NCBI GenBank assembly: GCA_965203485.1
Contig: OZ241892.1
Coordinates: 2,368,001 to 2,432,000, forward strand
Length of the DNA stretch: 64,000 nt
Reading direction: 5' to 3'
Origin: Longimicrobiales bacterium
Lineage (GTDB): Bacteria; Gemmatimonadota; Gemmatimonadetes; Longimicrobiales; Gaopeijiaceae
Of the stretch, positions 62,401 through 64,000 are shown piece after piece. Under the pieces are notes generated by a model. That model saw only the letters and a program-made list of their open reading frames with translations. It had not been told where the DNA came from and made no database searches. Made by a program: the position numbers and the translations under genes. Positions within the stretch are counted from its first letter, which is position 1. Every line of letters begins with the position of its first letter.

Positions 62401-63077
62401 GAAGCAAGCGCCTGGGCGACAATCGGCCGCGCCAGTCGAGGACGGACAGCGCGGCGCAACCGACCGGTCGGCGCGTGGGCGCAGGGCTCGGCGGGCGAAT
62501 CGGCGTCCAGCGAGACGTCCACGTGGATCTGGGCGACTTTCAAGACCGTCGCAGGCGCGGAGGCAACGCTTCCGCCCATGCGGCACTGTCCTGCGCGCGC
62601 CGGACCTCCGGTTGCTTCAGCCGCCGACTGCCCGCCTTCACGTAGCCGCCGGCCGGGTCTCCGGCGACCACCTCCAGCCAACGGCTGTTGACCGCCGCCG
62701 AGATGCTCTCGCACACGAGGCCAGCCGCGCTCGTGCGACAGAGCCCGCTCAACGGCGGCCCCGTTCGTCTCGCCCTTTTCCCACGCGCCAAGCAACGCCT
62801 CCACGGTGCGTTCGTGCGCGGGGACGAGCGCGGGCGGAGGCCGGAGCGTAGCGTTCTCGTCCAGCACGCCGGCGGGAATCTCGTCCTTCCAGTGCGTACC
62901 GGAGGGCCCGGCGCCGGCAGGTCAGAGCCCGGGCAGCTCGCCCGGCGCCAAGAGGGGCGCGTGCAGCCGTTCCAGTTCGGCCTTGTCCAGCAGAACCGCT
63001 TCCAGCGCAGGCTCCTCGGCCGCCGCCGGCTCCACAGGTTGCCGCCACCACGTGCGCCGCGTGCCGTCGGGCTTCAT
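62400..63077 (-). pseudogene. Decayed C-terminal fragment resembling DUF499-family ATPase
   Basis: KPDGTRRTWWRQP...LPGL*PAG...ALSHERG/ESISAAVNSRWLE across an internal TGA (62922-62924) and a frameshift; family recognised from memory. Confidence 0.45.
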
Positions 63078-63140
63078 GCGGGGCGCTTTGGGGGTAAGGT
63101 CTGCGCCATCCCATCGCGCGCCAATCTCGTGCGAGCGTCC

Positions 63141-63515
63141 CTAAACCGCTGGAGCAGCAGACTGCGGCCGTGGGTCAACGAGTCGCAACCGTGTTGATGG
63201 CGAAGACATAGTTGGTGCCGACGCCGTCATCTCCGCTGGTTTCCAGTCGAGGACATGCCAAGTCACAGTTGGACATTCAGCGCGCGGAAGTGGTGGATCG
63301 ATTCCGTCTTCCAACATAGAGCCGATGAACATCTTCTTGGCTTCTTCCAGATGCAAGCACGCCTGTAGGTGCGTATCGCCATGGCTCTCGCAACCGGGAA
63401 GTTCGGTGATCCGAGCCACGTAGCTCTTGGATCCATCCGTGCAGATTTCCGGGGATACTGTCACGCTGTACGACAGTCCGAGATAAAAATCAAGCATCTT
63501 CATTTGGCCGTTCAT
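63141..63515 (-). CDS. hicB: HicB family antitoxin
   Basis: YVARITELPGCESHGDT...EEAKKMFIGSMLEDGIDPPLP. Confidence 0.88.
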   Translation of the reverse strand: MNGQMKMLDFYLGLSYSVTVSPEICTDGSKSYVARITELPGCESHGDTHLQACLHLEEAKKMFIGSMLEDGIDPPLPRAECPTVTWHVLDWKPAEMTASAPTMSSPSTRLRLVDPRPQSAAPAV

Positions 63516-63714
63516 CTTTTGCCTTTCTCTTGGCGGTTTCGATCAGTCGAACTGCAGTGGCGATATAGCCGACAGGAAGCGATCTGTGCCTGGTAACTGA
63601 GGCTCCCAACATCGGAAACCGCGGAGACCAGTAGATTGTGTGTTGGCCGCCTTCGCGCTTGAGAAACCCAAAGGATTTGTATAGTCTTGGGGCCGCCTTG
63701 GCCATTCTGACCAT
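63490..63714 (-). CDS. hicA: HicA-like toxin (possibly 5'-truncated)
   Basis: LYKSFGFLKREGGQHTIY...LPVGYIATAVRLI; overlaps the hicB start. Confidence 0.65.
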   Translation of the reverse strand: MVRMAKAAPRLYKSFGFLKREGGQHTIYWSPRFPMLGASVTRHRSLPVGYIATAVRLIETAKRKAKDERPNEDA

Positions 63715-63758
63715 TATGACCAAAATACGCCGGCAGGCCCGGCGCGCGTCAAGGGAGG

Positions 63759-64000
63759 CTACAGCAGGGTCGGCTGGCGCACGTCGGGAACGCGGGTTCG
63801 GGCGGCGAGGTGGTTCTGGATGTATTCGAGGGTCGCGCGTTCTTCGGAGTCGCCGGGGGCCAGCTCGATCAGCGCCTGCACGACCTTGGCGAAGAGCTCG
63901 TGGCGCCAGAGGCCGCGGATGTCCAGGTAGGCGTTGACGCGGGACTGCTCGCCGGTCTTCCAGGAGCTGCATGAGCTTGTGCACGCAGTCGACGAGGGGC
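63759..64000 (-). pseudogene. C-terminus of DUF1156-like DNA methyltransferase, with a frameshift near 63963
   Basis: PLVDCVHKLMQL / WKTGEQSRVNAYLDIRGLWRHELFAKVVQALIELAPGDSEERATLEYIQNHL (one extra C between the parts); family recognised from memory. Confidence 0.55.

Noticed and set aside
62922..62924. Second in-frame TGA as possible selenocysteine
   Set aside because: No redox Cys context or obvious SECIS; nearby frameshifts indicate a pseudogene, probably TGG to TGA

Overview
High-GC bacterial DNA. The gene order (aroQ-efp-accB-accC-comB-ftsK-lolA) and protein styles suggest Gemmatimonadota; this is an inference. Positions 1-47.8 kb are mostly housekeeping, envelope and peptidase genes. 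Two things stand out there: (i) an OsmC-family gene with an in-frame UGA at the expected catalytic Cys and a SECIS-like hairpin right after it (probable selenoprotein), at the end of a mocA-like/xdhC operon; (ii) two paralogous SGNH-like genes, each with a long G/C homopolymer that sets or may set its reading frame. The main novelty is a visibly lower-GC, co-oriented island at about 47.9-60.2 kb built from four modules. Each module starts with the same ~53-bp element (ATGGCC-RNTTTY-GACACATCG...TGC). Together they encode five secreted Cys-rich peptides/small proteins, four 6-bladed beta-propeller-type proteins, three thioredoxin-fold domains with degenerate CxxC, an ECF sigma factor, a frameshifted AraC regulator, a membrane protein and a patch of shuffled gene fragments. 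The right end holds a hicAB-like toxin-antitoxin pair inside decayed DUF1156/DUF499-like restriction-system remnants. No rRNA, tRNA or CRISPR array was recognised. Family calls come from motif recognition by eye, not database searches.
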